A stretch of DNA of 64,000 nucleotides, from contig NC_135260.1 in the NCBI RefSeq assembly GCF_964204865.1, positions 21,266,001 to 21,330,000 of the forward strand. The letters are read 5' to 3'. The first letter of the stretch is position 1. The number at the start of each line of letters is the position of its first letter. A program made the position numbers and the translations under genes. Under the pieces are notes generated by a model, which was not told the origin of the DNA, ran no database searches, and saw nothing but the letters and a program-made list of their open reading frames with translations. This stretch comes from Styela clava (Eukaryota). Shown here piece by piece: positions 48,492 to 62,955 of the stretch.

Positions 48492-49310
48492 ACTCGCTAG
48501 AACATTAGCAGATGTTGTTATGTACTACAGTAACGGGGGGGAGAAACAATCGAAAGCTTGACTAAAATTTCATCCGCAATTGTTGGGCTCCTCCAACCCT
48601 ATCTTAGCAAAGGGAACCAAGTATTTTGTGACAGGCTTCATATGTCATTGAACTTGGCAGATTATCTACGTGAAAAAAAAACATATCTGACATATCAGAA
48701 AAGGAGCCCCTGCTGAAATAAAATAAAAGCCTGATTCAATGCGGAGTTGTAAGATTGATTATGCTTTAAACTTTGGACTGACAAAAGGCCCCCACGATGA
48801 TCTTCATTTATTATCGTGGAGATGAAACAATCACTAAGGAAGTAAAAGGGCTCGAATCAACTGTCAATAAACAGTCTGTTGGAAAATATAATCAATTTAT
48901 GGGGGTCGTCCCGGCAGACCAATACACATTTTGCAAATTTAGCAGAAAGTCTGTAAGTGGTGTGAAAAGGTTTTTGGCTCAGAAATATGTGCAACAAAGA
49001 AGTGGTCCAGGCCGGCTGAAGAGACCAAATTTATTCATTTGCTTAGCTTCAGCAGAGACCTAACACCCGATCAGGTGAATGTTGGGAGAGGGGCAACTCA
49101 GCGGAATCGACGATTCCGATCGGCATCTGCCCTCGTTGGATCGAACAGAAATAAATACAATTTATGTTCAGAAAATGTTCGGGTCTGGGCAGAGACTTGA
49201 AGAATGAACTTTTGCAGCAAAGGCATAATGGGCGTACGCAAAGTCACATTTTATTGTCAGTGTAGGGAAGCCTGGGCTTCATTCTGAGCTTTTCCCATTA
49301 TCATCTTCAA
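48492..49310 (+). pseudogene. piggyBac transposase relic (3' part)
   Basis: LLQPYLSKGNQVFCD, KQSVGKYNQFMG(G)V, FSRKS and a decayed Cys-rich tail. Confidence 0.8.
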
Positions 49311-52300
49311 AGTGGAGATAGTTTGTAGGTTTAGTGTCATAGTGTATATAAATCATTTGTAAACAAATGCATCGTTTCTATGTTATTCAATGTATGTATT
49401 TGCTGTTCTGTACTGTCATCATTGCACTATTGTACAGTGTACTAAAGTCATTTCCATATGTGATAATCCTCTGTGTATATATCCACCGTGTCATTGTTGA
49501 TTTTTATTTATAAAAATTCATTATGTTCATTTGGAGTTTCTACAGTGTGCTATTGACAGTTTTCGCAGATCCAGGTGTATGCAGATTTTGGGGTACAATG
49601 GGGAAATACAGCCAAATATGGGAATTGAAGTATGACAGAACAATGGTATTCAGCAAACGAATAAGACGAAGACCAGACAATCACGGCACGAGTATTTTCA
49701 AATTAAAGATATAAGATAAAATATTGAATACAAATACGAAAATATTGAAACACGTATATTAAGCAAAGAGCTATTATTTCAAGCCCACAGACGGAAGGCG
49801 CTGATTTCAGCAAACAAGAGATAAGGCTCACAAAGCCATAACTACTCTCGCGAGCAACAATGTTTTGGAAGTCCCGAACTATCTTGAAACTTGAAGCAAT
49901 TGTTTTGGCAGTGAATGTCGAATTTCAAAACAATACGCCGCTTCATTTATAAAATCTTTCACTCTTACTAATTTCCCTTTCTTTCCCGTCCCCGCCCCAT
50001 AAAGTTTTTGTTTACAGTTTGTATATACAGTATACATGTGTTTGATGTAACAAACTATGAATATTTTTCATCAATAGTTATATAGCAATGATATTGACAA
50101 CACTGACTTTATTGAATAATTTAATTCAGAAATAAGATAGATAATTATGAAATGTTCAATTATTATATTTGACATTTCATGCAAAGCTGCAAAACAAAAT
50201 ATTGACAAACGAGCTAACATGGATCCATATGTTGTAGGGGTAATCGGCAATGGCCATTTATTGAATACTGTGGTGATTCCGCATTTCACTCTGCGAAGCA
50301 TCATGGACAATGCCCATGCGATATACAAGAGAGAAATTATCCAACACGTTCCAAATCATTTACGGACATGAACATATTGGTGAAGACCGTTTCTTTTTTA
50401 CAAGACCGAGCTTTCGCATGAATGACCCAGAAGTGGAAGCTATCATCACAAGCATTGCAACTTTTGGTATCTTCAACATGTCGCTAGAACATTTTAAGAC
50501 TGTACATAGAGAATGTATTAAAAACAAGCAAACCGCTCAATCTGGCGGTTTTTGAAAGCGGGTCAGTTCAGTTTCGAATTGAAATGATGCTACCAAGAGG
50601 GGTTGGAAATTATAACGCGTAACTTGGTCGGAGACGCCAAATCGAAGATTTCGCACTTATTCTTAGCAGGTAAACTCTCAAATTACTAACAAATATGATT
50701 AGCTACACGAATATTGCTTGCGTGAAAATGTTACTGTAAAAAATCGACAACAAAAAAGAACCGAAAAGATATTTTGACATATTTCAAGACTACAACAAAA
50801 AAGTTCGCACAACGAAGGAACCGTATTTGTAGGCCCAATGACATCCAGTTGATTGAATTTCGGATATACTCAAGTTTTAGACGCACGAGAGACGAGTATG
50901 CGGTTATCAACGTAAAGGTGCAGCATATTTGGGGCTGTTAATTAGAAGATAGCTACGTCTCTCCTTCGAAGGTGCTCAGAGATGCACGTTCCAACTTCCA
51001 ATATGATGCAACGAGTATGTAGATCTTCCACAGATACTATTTATCGATAAAACCAAATAAGGTAATTCGGAAAACAAATTAGCTCTATATTCTGTAATTC
51101 CTTCCAGGTACACTTTCTCACTATCTATTTAAAGGCGTTAAAATCGGCTATAAATTACAAAACATTTCAAAATCGAACTCTAGCATACCAGTACGTCTAG
51201 ACTTGGCCAATTGATAATGCTTCTTATATCCAATTTTAATTTCGGAAACTTGAATCTCAGACAAATTGAATAAATCGCAGCAAGCGAAACTTTACAAAGC
51301 CATATTTTACACTTATTGCCCAATGAAGGCTATTCAATTACGGCAAAATGCCTCATTCGAAGCGCTACATCATTAATATACGAGCTGTATAGCTAACTCA
51401 TTGTGAAACTAAATGTATAGAATGTCTAGTTGAAGACAACTTTGTAAACGCCTTTATCGTTTATAAATCCCATTTTATCGGCGTTATAGGCTAGCATGGC
51501 ATTTAGGTATGTTAGGTATTATCTGTTTATCTCACAATGAATTATTAGGATCTTATTCATCGTAATATTATTTTTAATCTATAGTTTCTTTACTTTAATT
51601 ATCACGTTTTGAATAAGTTCACAACCATGCTTTCATATCCACGTGTCTACAATACATGCACGAAAAACATAGGTCGAACTCTAAACATATGAGATTGCGA
51701 GTCCTTGACTCAAGTCTAAAGTGCACACTTGATTTTGGGAGTTGATTATCAAATCATCACAGCCATCAAATTTTATATTATATATATACTTTTCATCTTT
51801 TGGAATTTTTACTCTCTCCATTAGCACTTTGGCACAAACTAAATAATTGCACGTGCCCTATAGAATTAAAACTACATTGATGTGTCTTCAAAGTTAACAT
51901 CATGTTTTCACCTGTTGGTAAGTTGTGAGATAGTGGGAAATTTGACTTAATACTGTTCGATCGAAATGCGAGGGACAACGCAACATTAATTTCTATTTAT
52001 TAATTTTTCTGAAATAGAGCAATTTATGTGTTACTGTTTCAGCTGGTTGAATCAGCTGGTTGAATAGGTCTGAAAATTGTCTAAAAATCCAAATAAAAAA
52101 CTATTCATAAAAACGATTCCTCATTCGATTTTTAATTGTCTATCGAGCATATTTAGATATTGTTAGCGGATATTCCTGAACAAAAAGATAGAATCAATTG
52201 GTATTCATTGTAAGTACAACGTCATTTAATTCGTTTTCAAAACTTTGAAATCACTAAGTTATGTACTTTTAAATCAAACTCCAAAATGCATTATAAAATC

Positions 52301-52832
52301 AAATACAAAGGGTAATTCTCAAACATATAGACACGAATCCCGATCATCGATACCGACTAGTACGACTAGGTCTTCGTTACCTAAGTGAGAACAAAGTTTG
52401 CCAACATAGATGTACAATCGTTACAAATACAGACAAGCGTGGCTGAATATAGACAAGCGTGGCTGAATAAAAACTATGTCGATATTTAAAAAGTGTTCCA
52501 ATAATTAAAAACAAGTTTTCAAGGTTTATCGTGAAATACCTTGCCAACAAGTCATGAAAAATTTCAATCAAGCTCTAGTACTGAAAGTTTGAAACCTATC
52601 GTTAGGGTGGTACTAATTATGCAATTTTCCCTTTGAACATTTTAGATATTCTGCAATCAAATAAATAATATTTTAAACATAAAGCCAACGATCCAACCAT
52701 TTTTCATCTTGTCAGTAATAAATATATTTTCTTGCAGAAACCAGACTCCAACTTAGACCTGCTGAATACATTGACTGTGAAACAAACCTAGTGTTATTTT
52801 TTGTATGTATAGAGAATAAATAAAGCCCATTG

Positions 52833-53817
52833 ATGTCGTACAAAAATTCCAACATTTCGTTCCTTATCAACAGTTCTCGACAGACAAATCTATGATAGGG
52901 TATAATGTATATATTTCAACAATACAACCCGAAGAAGCCAATAAAGTGGGCTCCTTGCTAGAACATTGGCAGATGCCAAGACTGGATATTTTTTGAAAAT
53001 ATTTATGTACTACAGTAACGGGGGGAAAGAAACAATCGGAAGCTTGACTAAAATTTCATCCGCAATTGTTGGGCTCCTCCAACCCTATCTTAGCAAAGAG
53101 TATTTTGAGTAACCAAGTATTTTGTGACAGGCTTCATATGTCATTGAACTTGGCAGATTGTCTACATGAAAAGAAAACATATCTGACATATCAGAAAAGG
53201 CGTCCCTGCTGAAATAAAAAAAAAAAAACAGCCCGATTTCAATGCGGAGTTGCAAGATTATGCTTCAAACTTAGGACTGACAAAAGGCCCCCACGATGAT
53301 CTTCATTTATTATCGTGGAGATGAAACAATCACTAAGAACGTAAAAGGGCTCGAATCAACTGTCAATAAACCGTCTGTTGGAAAATATAATCAATTTATG
53401 GGGGTCGTCCCGGCCGGCCAATACACATTTTACAAATTTAGTAGAAAGTCTGTTAAGTGGTGTAAAAATTTGTTTTTTGGCTCATAGAAATATGTGTAAC
53501 AAAGAAGTGGTCCAGGCCGGCTGAAGAGACCAAATCTATTCATTTGCTTAGCTTCAGCAGAGACCTTACACCCGATCAGGTGAATGTTGGGAGAGGGGCA
53601 ACTCAGCGGAATCGACGATTCCGATCGGCCTCTGCCCTCGTTGTGCGAACCGAAACAAATACAATTCATGTTCAGAAATTGTTCGGGTCTGGGCAAAGAA
53701 TTGAAGAATGAACTTTTGCAGCTACGCTATAATGGGCGTACGCAAAGACACGACATTTTATTGTCAGTGTAGAGAAGCCTGGGCTTCATTCTGGGCTTTT
53801 CCCATTATCATCTTCAA
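52833..53817 (+). pseudogene. piggyBac transposase relic
   Basis: QQFSTDKSMIGY, QYNPKKPIKWA, ADAKTGY, KPSVGKYNQFMG, FSRKSVKWCKNLFF. Confidence 0.85.
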
Positions 53818-54704
53818 AGAGGAGATAGTCGGTGGAGCAGTGTATATAAATCATTTGTAAACAAATGCATCGTTTCTATGTTATTCACTGTATGTACTTG
53901 CTGTTCTGTACTGTCATCATTGTACACTGTGCTAAAGTCATTTCCATACGTGATAATCCGTTGTGTATATATCCACCGTGTCATTGTTGATTTTTATTTA
54001 TAAAAATTCATTATGTTCATTAGTGTGTGAAGTTTCTATAGTGTGCTATTGATAGTTTTTGCAGATCCAGGTTTATGCAGATTTTGGGGTACAATGGGGA
54101 AATACAGCGAAATAAGGGAATTAAAGTATGACAGAACAATGATAACAAACTCGGAAAATATTCAGCAAACGAATAAGACGAAGACCAGACAATCAGGGCA
54201 TGAGCATTTTCAAATTAAAGATATAAGATGAAAAATTGAACTCAAATACGAAAATATTGAAACACGTTATGTTAAGCAAGCAAAGAGCTATTATTTCAAG
54301 CTCACAGATGGAATAAATTATTTTTTCAAAGGCGCTAATTTCAGCAAACAAGAGATAAGGCTCACAAAGCCATAACTACTCTCGCGAGCAACAAATGTTA
54401 TTGTTTCATGAAATATGTTTTGGAATTCCAAAACTATCTTGAAACTTGAAGCAATTGTTTTGGCTGTGAATATCGAATTTCATAACAATACGACGATTCT
54501 TCTCTAAAATATTTCACTATTACTAATTTCCCTTTCTTCCCCTTCTCCGCCCCACAAAGTTCTTGTTTACAGTTTGTATATACAGTATATACATGTGTTT
54601 GATATAACAAACTATGAATATTTTTCATCAATAGTTGATATAGCAATGATATTGACAACACTGCCTTCATTAAATAATTTAATTCAGAAATGAGTTAGAT
54701 AATT

Positions 54705-56020
54705 ATGAAATGTTCAATTCTTATATTTGACATTATTTCATGCAAAGCTGACAAACGAGCTAACATGGATCTATATGTTGTAGGGGTAATCGGCAATGGC
54801 CATTTGTTGAATACTGTGGTGATTCCGCATTTCATTCTGCGAAGCATCATGGACAATGTCCGTGCGATATACAAGAGAGAAATTATCCAACACGTTCCAA
54901 ATCATTTACGGACATGAACATATTGGTGAAGACTCGTTTTTTACAAGACCGAGCTTTCGCATGAATGACCCAGAAGTGGAAGCTATCATCACAAGCATTG
55001 CAACTTTTGGTATCTTCAACATGTCGCTAGAACATTTTAAGACTGTACATAGAGAATGTATTAAAAACAAGCAAACCGCTCAATCTGGCGGTTTTCGAAA
55101 GCGGGCCAGTTCAGTTTCGAATTGAAATAATGCGTACCTGCAGATGGTGCTCACTTGTATTCACTTGGTGATGATGCTACTAAGAGGGGTTAGAAATTAT
55201 AACGCGTAACTGGTCGGAGACGCCAAATCGAAGATTTCGCACGTATTCTTAGCAGGTAAGCACCCAAATTACTAACAAATATGATTAGCTACACGAATAT
55301 TGCTTGCGTGAAAATGTTACTGTAAAAAATCGACAACAAAAAAGGACCGAAAAGATATTTTGACATATTTCAAAACTACAGCAAAAAAGTTGGCACAACG
55401 CAGGAACCGTATTTGTAGGCCCAATGACATCCAGTTGATTGAATTTCGGATATACTCAAGTTTTAGACGCACGAGAGACGAGTATGCGGTTATCAACGTA
55501 AAGGTGCAGCATGTTTGGGGGCTGTTAATTAGGAGATAGCTACGTCTCTCCTTCGAAGGTGCTCAGAGATGCACGTTCCAACTTCCAATATGATGCAACG
55601 AGTATGCAGATCTTCCACAGATACTATTTATCGATAAAACCAAATAAGGTAATTCGGAAAACAAATTAGCTCTATATTCTGTAATTCTTTCCAGGTACAC
55701 TTTCTCTCTTTAAAGGCGTTAAAATCGGCTATAAATTACAAAACATTTCAAAATCAAACTCTAGCATACCAGTACGTCTAGACTTGGCCAATTGATAATG
55801 CATCTTATATCCAATTTTGATTTCGGAAACTTGAATCTCAGACAAATTGAATAAATCGCAGCAAGCGAAACTTTACAAAGCGATATTTTACACTTATTGC
55901 CCAATGAAGGCTATTCAATTACGGCAAAATGCCTCATTCAGAGCGCTACATCATTAATATACGAGCTGTATAGCTAACTCGTTGTGAAACTAAATGTATA
56001 GAATGTCTAGTTGAAGACAA
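54705..56020 (+). pseudogene. Unidentified intronless ORF relic of about 430 codons (copies at 50147-51420 and 63335-64000)
   Basis: Protein-like blocks persist through stops and frameshifts: MDLYVVGVIGNGHLLNTVVIPHF, DPEVEAIITSIATFGIFNMSLEHF, RICRPNDIQLIEFRIYSSF, RLGQLIMHLISNFDFGNL, DILHLLPNEGYSITAKCLI. No family recognised. Confidence 0.45.
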
Positions 56021-56029
56021 CTTTGAATG

Positions 56030-56550
56030 TCTAGTTGAAGACAACTTTGTAAACGCCTTTATCGTTTATAAATCCCATTTTATCGGCGTTATAGGCTAGC
56101 ATGGCATTTAGATAATTAGGTATTATCTGTTTATTTCACAATGAATTATTGGGATCTATAGTTTCTTTACTTTAATTATCACGTTTTGAATAAGTTCACA
56201 ACCATGCTTTCATATCCACGTGTCTACAATACGTGCACGAAAAACATAGGTCGAACTCTAATGAGATTGCGAGTCCTTGACTCAGGTCTAAAGTGCACAC
56301 TTGATTTTGGGAGTTGATAATCAAATCATCACAGCCATCAAATTTTATATTATATATATACTTTTCATCTTTTGGAATTTTTACTCTCTCCATTAGCACT
56401 TTGGCACAAACTATATAATTGCACGTACCCTATAGAATTAAAACTACATTGATGTGTCTTCAAAGTTAACATCATGTTTTCACCTGTTGGTAAGTTGTGA
56501 GATAGTGGGAAATTTGACTTAATACTGTTCGATCGAAATGCGAGGGACAA
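56030..56550 (-). pseudogene. Unidentified convergent ORF relic (copies at 51426-51978 and 46371-46577, partial)
   Basis: Blocks HNLPTGENMMLTLKTHQCSFNSIGYVQLYSLC, YIYNIKFDGCDDLIINSQNQVCTLDLSQGLAISLEFDLCFSCTYC and IIPNYLNAMLAYNADKMGFINDKGVYKVVFN*. Confidence 0.4.
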
Positions 56551-58649
56551 CGCAACATTAATTTCTATTTATTAATTTTTCTGAAATAGAGCAATTTATG
56601 TGTTACTGTTTCAGCTGGTTGAATAGGTCTGAAAATGGTCTAAAAATCCAAATAAAAAACTATTCATAAAAACGATTCCTCATTCGATTTTTAATTGTCT
56701 ATCGAGCATATTTAGATATTGTTAGCGGATATTCCTGAACAAAAAGATAGAATCAATTGGTATTTATGGTAAGTACAACGTCATTTAATTCGTTTTCAAA
56801 ACTTTGAAATCACTAAGTTATGTACTTTAAATCGAACTCCAAAATGCAATATAAAATCAAATACAAGATTTATTCTCCAACATATAGACACGAATCTCGA
56901 TCGTCGATACCGACTGGTACGGCTAGGTCTTCGTTACCTAAGTGAGAACAAAGTTTGCCAACATAGATGTACAATCGTTACAAATACAGACAAGCGTGGC
57001 TGACTAAAAACTGTCGATATTTCAAAAGTTTTCCCAATAATTAAAAACAAGTTTTAAGGTTTATCGTGAAATACCTTGCCAACAAGTCATAAAAAATTTC
57101 AATCAATCTCAGGGTGGTACTAATTATGCAATTTTCCTTTTGAACATTTTAAATATTCTGCAATCAAATAAAGAATATTTTGAACATAAAGCCAACGATC
57201 CAACCTTTTTTCATCTAGTCATTAATAAATATAATATTTTCTTGCAGAAATCTGACTCCATCTCAGACCTGCTGACTACATTGACTGTGAAACATACCTA
57301 GTGTTATTTTATGTATGTATTGAGGATAAATAAAGCATTTGCATGATATGAAAAAGACAGCAACGTCTTATAATTACAGGACCACAATTATTCCTCAAAA
57401 AGTACCTATGTGGTAAAAATCAGAGAATAAAATTTTTTTCGAGAGTGGTAACCCAATTTGAAATTTTCACTTTAGGTGTCAAATTCAGGTACTCAAAGGT
57501 GTTGATAGCGCTTCCAGCTATTTATTGACCTTATTTTATCAGGGTGTAAGATTTAAAAAATATATCTAAAACATGTCGCAATGCGCCGGTCATTCTAATT
57601 ATCTAATAGATAGAATGGCTTACACATAGCCATAACGTGATGATCCAAATCTGAGCCCTATATTTAAATATTTACAGTTAATGTCTATAGCAGCGATTCT
57701 CATGGGGAGTGCCGCGAAAATGAACATAATTTTGTTGAAAATTTATTTCACCTTTTTATGTCGTTTATTGTTAAGTATTGTTGAGTAACAATAGAGGCAA
57801 ACCCTACATAATAGACAATAAACGACACGGGTCTATGACTTTGAATGTTTTTTCTTCAGAATGGTTGATCAACCAAAGTCATAGACCCATCAAATACCAA
57901 CAAAAGGTAATAACATTGCGACGGAAGATTGCAAAAGTCAATCAAATATGTCTAAATTACATATATTAATGCTTAACAAAGCATACAAAAAACCGATGCC
58001 TATTTTGGGTTATGCAGGAGCTGTAGGAGCTTTTCTGAATAAGGGTGACGTCCTGCTATTTCCTCACTAACTAGAATAACATCAGCTTAGTGCTTCTCGT
58101 ATTCATGAATTGTTTACGGAAATTGATTCGTTTGGATGCTTTGATTGACCTTCAGGAGGTGAATCTCTCGAAAAAAAAGTATTCAAGAATATTCAAGACT
58201 AATTGAAACGAATAAATATAACTTGGAACATTATTTTAAAATTGATGCTCAGATCAATAATGCACTATAACATTGGTTTCCGTCGTCGACCTTAGACGAA
58301 CATGACAACTTGGAGGAGGGTACATAGAATTCTTAGACCAGAAGGAGCAGCATTTAATATTCAGTCCAAGTGAAGTCCCAAACTCTCCTCCGACTGGTAT
58401 ACATTTTGTCAGGTATTTCAAAAAGAGCGTCATCTTCAATTTTTTATAGGTAAATGAAACTTCTATATATGTAATAAACAATACTTCCAACATTGTAATG
58501 AATGATATCGTATATTACTCGTCGTCGTGAGTGATCATGGTGAGTAAAATCAAGATATGCTGACTTCATGCTAATTGGATATTTTGTTCTTATGATATAA
58601 TTGGGTTCTGGAGTTTGTGTAAGTTTGTAACACTGTTTATTCACATTTA

Positions 58650-59437
58650 GATTCAAACGAAGACAGCAAAGAGGAATATATTCTCGAAGTCAGTGTTGGA
58701 AGCGATTCTGAAGAACTCGATGATCAACCATCTACAGCTCCGTCCGTCAAAGAGAGCTAAAATAACAAGAAGAGGTTGAGCTAGACGACTGAGAGGTGCT
58801 AGACAACAAGCTCCAGCTGATATTGTGACAAGAAAATAAAGCGAGATGTTACTTCCAATAATGATATGGCCCAAAAACCCAGTATAACTTTCGAAATCAA
58901 GGTTGTGGGGGTAAAGAAATGCCGCCAACTGATAGTAGATCGAATGATTAGTTCAAACTCTTTTTAGCGAGGAATGAGTAATCATTATAGTCGTGGATAG
59001 AAACCTTTGACTGTTGGTCCGATTCGCGGTATCTACACCATGACTTGTTTGCAAATGCCATTTTCCGAAGTGGACTCCAGGCCATTTTCCATACAATGCT
59101 TCAATGTTGTGATATCTCGAAGGACAAATGGGGATAAAATACAGTCCATCATCAACTATGTCGTACAAAAATTCCAACATTTCGTTTCTTATCAACAGTT
59201 CTCGACAGACGAGTCTATGATAGGGTATAAGGTATCTATTTCAACAATACAACCCGAATAAGCCAATAAAGTGGGGACTCCTTGCTAGAACATTGGCAGA
59301 TGCCTAGACTGGATATTTATTGAAAATATTTATGTACTACAGTAACGGGGGGAAAAAAACAATCGAAAGCTTGACTAAAATTTCATCCGCAATTGTTGGG
59401 CTCCTCCAACCCTATCTTAGCAAAGGGAACCAAGTAT
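58650..59437 (+). pseudogene. piggyBac transposase relic (5' part)
   Basis: Acidic N-terminus DSEELDDQPST, DKIQSIINYVVQKFQ, QQFSTDESMIGYK (first catalytic Asp motif). Confidence 0.82.
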
Positions 59438-61629
59438 TGTTTACAGCTTTGTGTATACATGTGTTTGATATAACAAACTATGAATATTTTCTTCAATAGT
59501 TAATATAGCAATGATATTGACAACACTGCCTTTATTAAATAATTTAATTCAGAAAAGAGATAGGAAATGTTTAATTCTTATATTTGAAGATAGAATCTAT
59601 TGGTATTCATGGTAAGTACAACGTCATTTAATTCGTTTTCAAAACTTTGAAATCACTAAGTTATGTACTTTAAAATCAAACTCCAAAATGCATTATAAAA
59701 TCAAATACAAAGGGTAATTCTCAAACATATGACACGAATCCCGATCATCGATACCGACTGGTACGGCTAGGTCTTCGTTACCTAAGTGAGAACAAAGTTT
59801 GCCAACATAGATGTACAATCGTTACAAATACAGACAAGCGTGGCTGAATATAGACAAGCGTGGCTGAATAAAAACTATGTTGATATTTCAAAAGTGTTCC
59901 AATAATAAAAAACAAGTTTTCAAGGTTTATCGTGAAATACCTTGCCAACAAGTCATGAAAAATTTCAATCAAGCTCTAGTACTGAAAGTTTGAAACCTAT
60001 CGTTAGGGTGGTACTAATTATGCAATTTTCCCTTTGGAACATTTTAGATATTCTGCAATCAAATAAATAATATTTTAAACATAAAGCCAACGATCCAACC
60101 ATTTTTCATCTTGTCAGTAATAAATATATTTTCTTGCAGAAACCAGACTCCAACTTAGACCTGCTGAATACATTGACTGTGAAACAAACCTAGTGTTATT
60201 TTTTGTATGTATAGAGAATAAATAAAGCACTTGCATGATATGAAAAAGACAACAACGTCTTATAATAATTACAGTATGACAATCATTCCTCAAAAAGTAC
60301 ATATGTGGTAAAATTCAGAGAATAATATTTTTCTGTATAGTGGTAAGTTTTCTTAAATCCTGGTGTTTTTTTATTACTGAGTGCTGTGATCTGTCGACAA
60401 GGCATGCTTGTAAAGGTTCAAATACCTAATCCAATTTGAGTTTTCGTACCTTAGGTTTCAAATTCAGGTACTCAGTGTTGATAGCGCTTCCAGCTATTCA
60501 TTGACCCTATTTTATCAGGGTGTAAGATTTAAAAAATATATCTAAAACATGTCGCAATGCGCCAGTCATTCTAATTATCTAATAGATAAGATGGCTCACA
60601 CATAGCCATAAAGTGATGATCCAAATCTGAGCCCTATATTTGAATATTTACAGTTAATGTCTATAGCAGCGATTCCCAAGGGGTGTGCCGCGAAAATGAT
60701 CATAATTTTGTTGAACATTTATTTCACCTTTTTATGTCGTTTATTGTTGAGTAACAATAGAGGCAAACACTACATAATAAACAGTAAACGACAAGGGGAT
60801 ATGACTTTGAATATTTTTTCTCCAGCATGGTTGAATCAACCAAAGTCCTAGAGACCTAGACCCAACGAATATGAACAAAAAGTAAAACGAACTAATAAAT
60901 AACATTGCGACGGAAGATTGCAAAAGTCCATCAAATATGTTAGACAAAGCATACAAATAAATAACCGATGCATATTTTATGTTATGCAGGAGCTGTAGGA
61001 GTTTTTCTGAATAAGGGTGGCGTTACCTGCTATTTCCTCACTAACTAGAATAACATTCTTATTTTACAGTTAGTTATATTGCATTTTCCATGACGACTAG
61101 TGCAATATTTTAAAACTATTTATAAAAAAATCCAGCTTAGTGCTTCTCGTATTCGTGAATCGTTTACGGAAATATCGATTTGTTTTGATGACTTGATTGG
61201 ACTTCAAGGAGGTGAATCTTTCGAAAAAAAAATTCATAGAATATTCAAGACTAATTGAAACGAATAAATATAACTTGGAACATTATTTTAAAATTGAGAT
61301 GAAAACCGATGCTCAGATCAATGAATACACTATGATAATTGTTTTCATCGTCGACCTTAGACGAACATGACAACATGAAGGGGGGTACATAGAATTCTTA
61401 GAGCAGGAGCGGCATTTAATATTCAGTCAAAGTGAAGTCCCAAACTCTCCTCCGACGGGTGTACATTTTGTTAGATATTTCAAAAAGAGCGTCATCTTCA
61501 TTTTTTTTATAGGTAAATGAAACTTCTATATATCATATGTAATAAATAATACTTCCAACCTTGTAATTGAATGATATCGTATTTTACTGGAGTTTGTGTA
61601 AGTTTGTAACAATGTTTATTCACATTTAG

Positions 61630-62955
61630 ATTCAAACGAAGACAGAAAAGAGGAATATATTCCCGAAGTCAGTGTTGGAAGAGATTCTGAAGAACTTGAT
61701 GATTAACCATCTACAGCTCCGTCAAAGAGCTAAAATAATAACAGGTCGACTAGACGACAGAGGTGCTAGACAACAAGATCCAGCTGATATTGTGATAAGA
61801 AAATAAAGTGAGATGTTACTTCCAATATTGATATGGCCCAAGAACCCAGTATAACTTTCGAAATTAAGGTTGTGGGGGTAAAGAAATGCCGCCATGTGAT
61901 AGTAGATTGAATGATTATTTCAAACTCTTTTTAGCCAGGAATTAGTAACCATTATAGTGGTGGATAGAAACTTTTGTGACTGATGGTCCGATTCGCCGTA
62001 TCTACACCATGACTTGTTTGCAAATGCCATTTTTCGAAGTGGATTCCAGGCCATTTTCCATACAATGCTTCAATGTTGTGATATCTCGAAGGACAAATTG
62101 GGATAAAATACAGTCCATCATCAACTATGTCGTACAAAAATTCCAACGTTTCGTTCCTTATCAACAGTTCTCGACAGACAAATCTATGATAGGGTATAAT
62201 GTATATATTTCAACAATACAACCCGAAGAAGCCAATAAAGTGGGCTCCTTGCTAGAACATTGGCAGATGCCAAGACTGGATATATTTTGAAAATATTTAT
62301 GTACTACAGTAACGGGGGGAAAGAAACAATCGGAAGCTTGACTAAAATTTCATCCGCAATTGTTGGGCTCCTCCAACCCTATCTTAGCAAAGAGAACCAA
62401 GTATTTTGTGACAGGCTTCATATGTCATTGAACTTGGCAGATTGACTACATGAAAAGAAAACATATCTGACATATCAGAAAAGGCGTCCCTGCTGAAATA
62501 AAAAAAAAAACAGCCCGATTTCAATGCGGAGTTGCAAGATTATGCTTTAAACTTAGGACTGACAAAAGGCCCCCACGATGATCTTCATTTAATATCGTGG
62601 AGATGAAACAATCACTAAGGACGTAAAAGGGCTCGAATCAACTGTCAATAAACCGTCTGTTGGAAAATATAATCAATTTATGGGGGTCGTCCCGGCCGGC
62701 CAATACACATTTTACAAATTCAGTAGAAAGTCGGTTAAGTGGTTTAAAAAGTTGTTTTTTTGGCTCATAGAAATATGTGTAACAAAGAAGTGGTCCAGGC
62801 CGGATGAAGAGACCAAATCTATTCATTTGCTTAGCTTCAGCAGAGACCTTACACCCGATCATGTGAATGTTGGGAGAGGGGCAACTCATCGGAATCGACG
62901 ATTCCGATCGGCATCTGCCCTCGTTGTGCGAACCGAAACAAATACAATTCATGTT
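61630..62955 (+). pseudogene. piggyBac (PGBD4-like) transposase relic, most complete copy
   Basis: DKIQSIINYVVQKFQRFVPYQQFSTDKSMIGY, ADAKTGYILKIFMYY, VFCDR, KYNQFMG, FSRKSVKWFKKLFFWLIEI across frameshifts. Confidence 0.88.
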
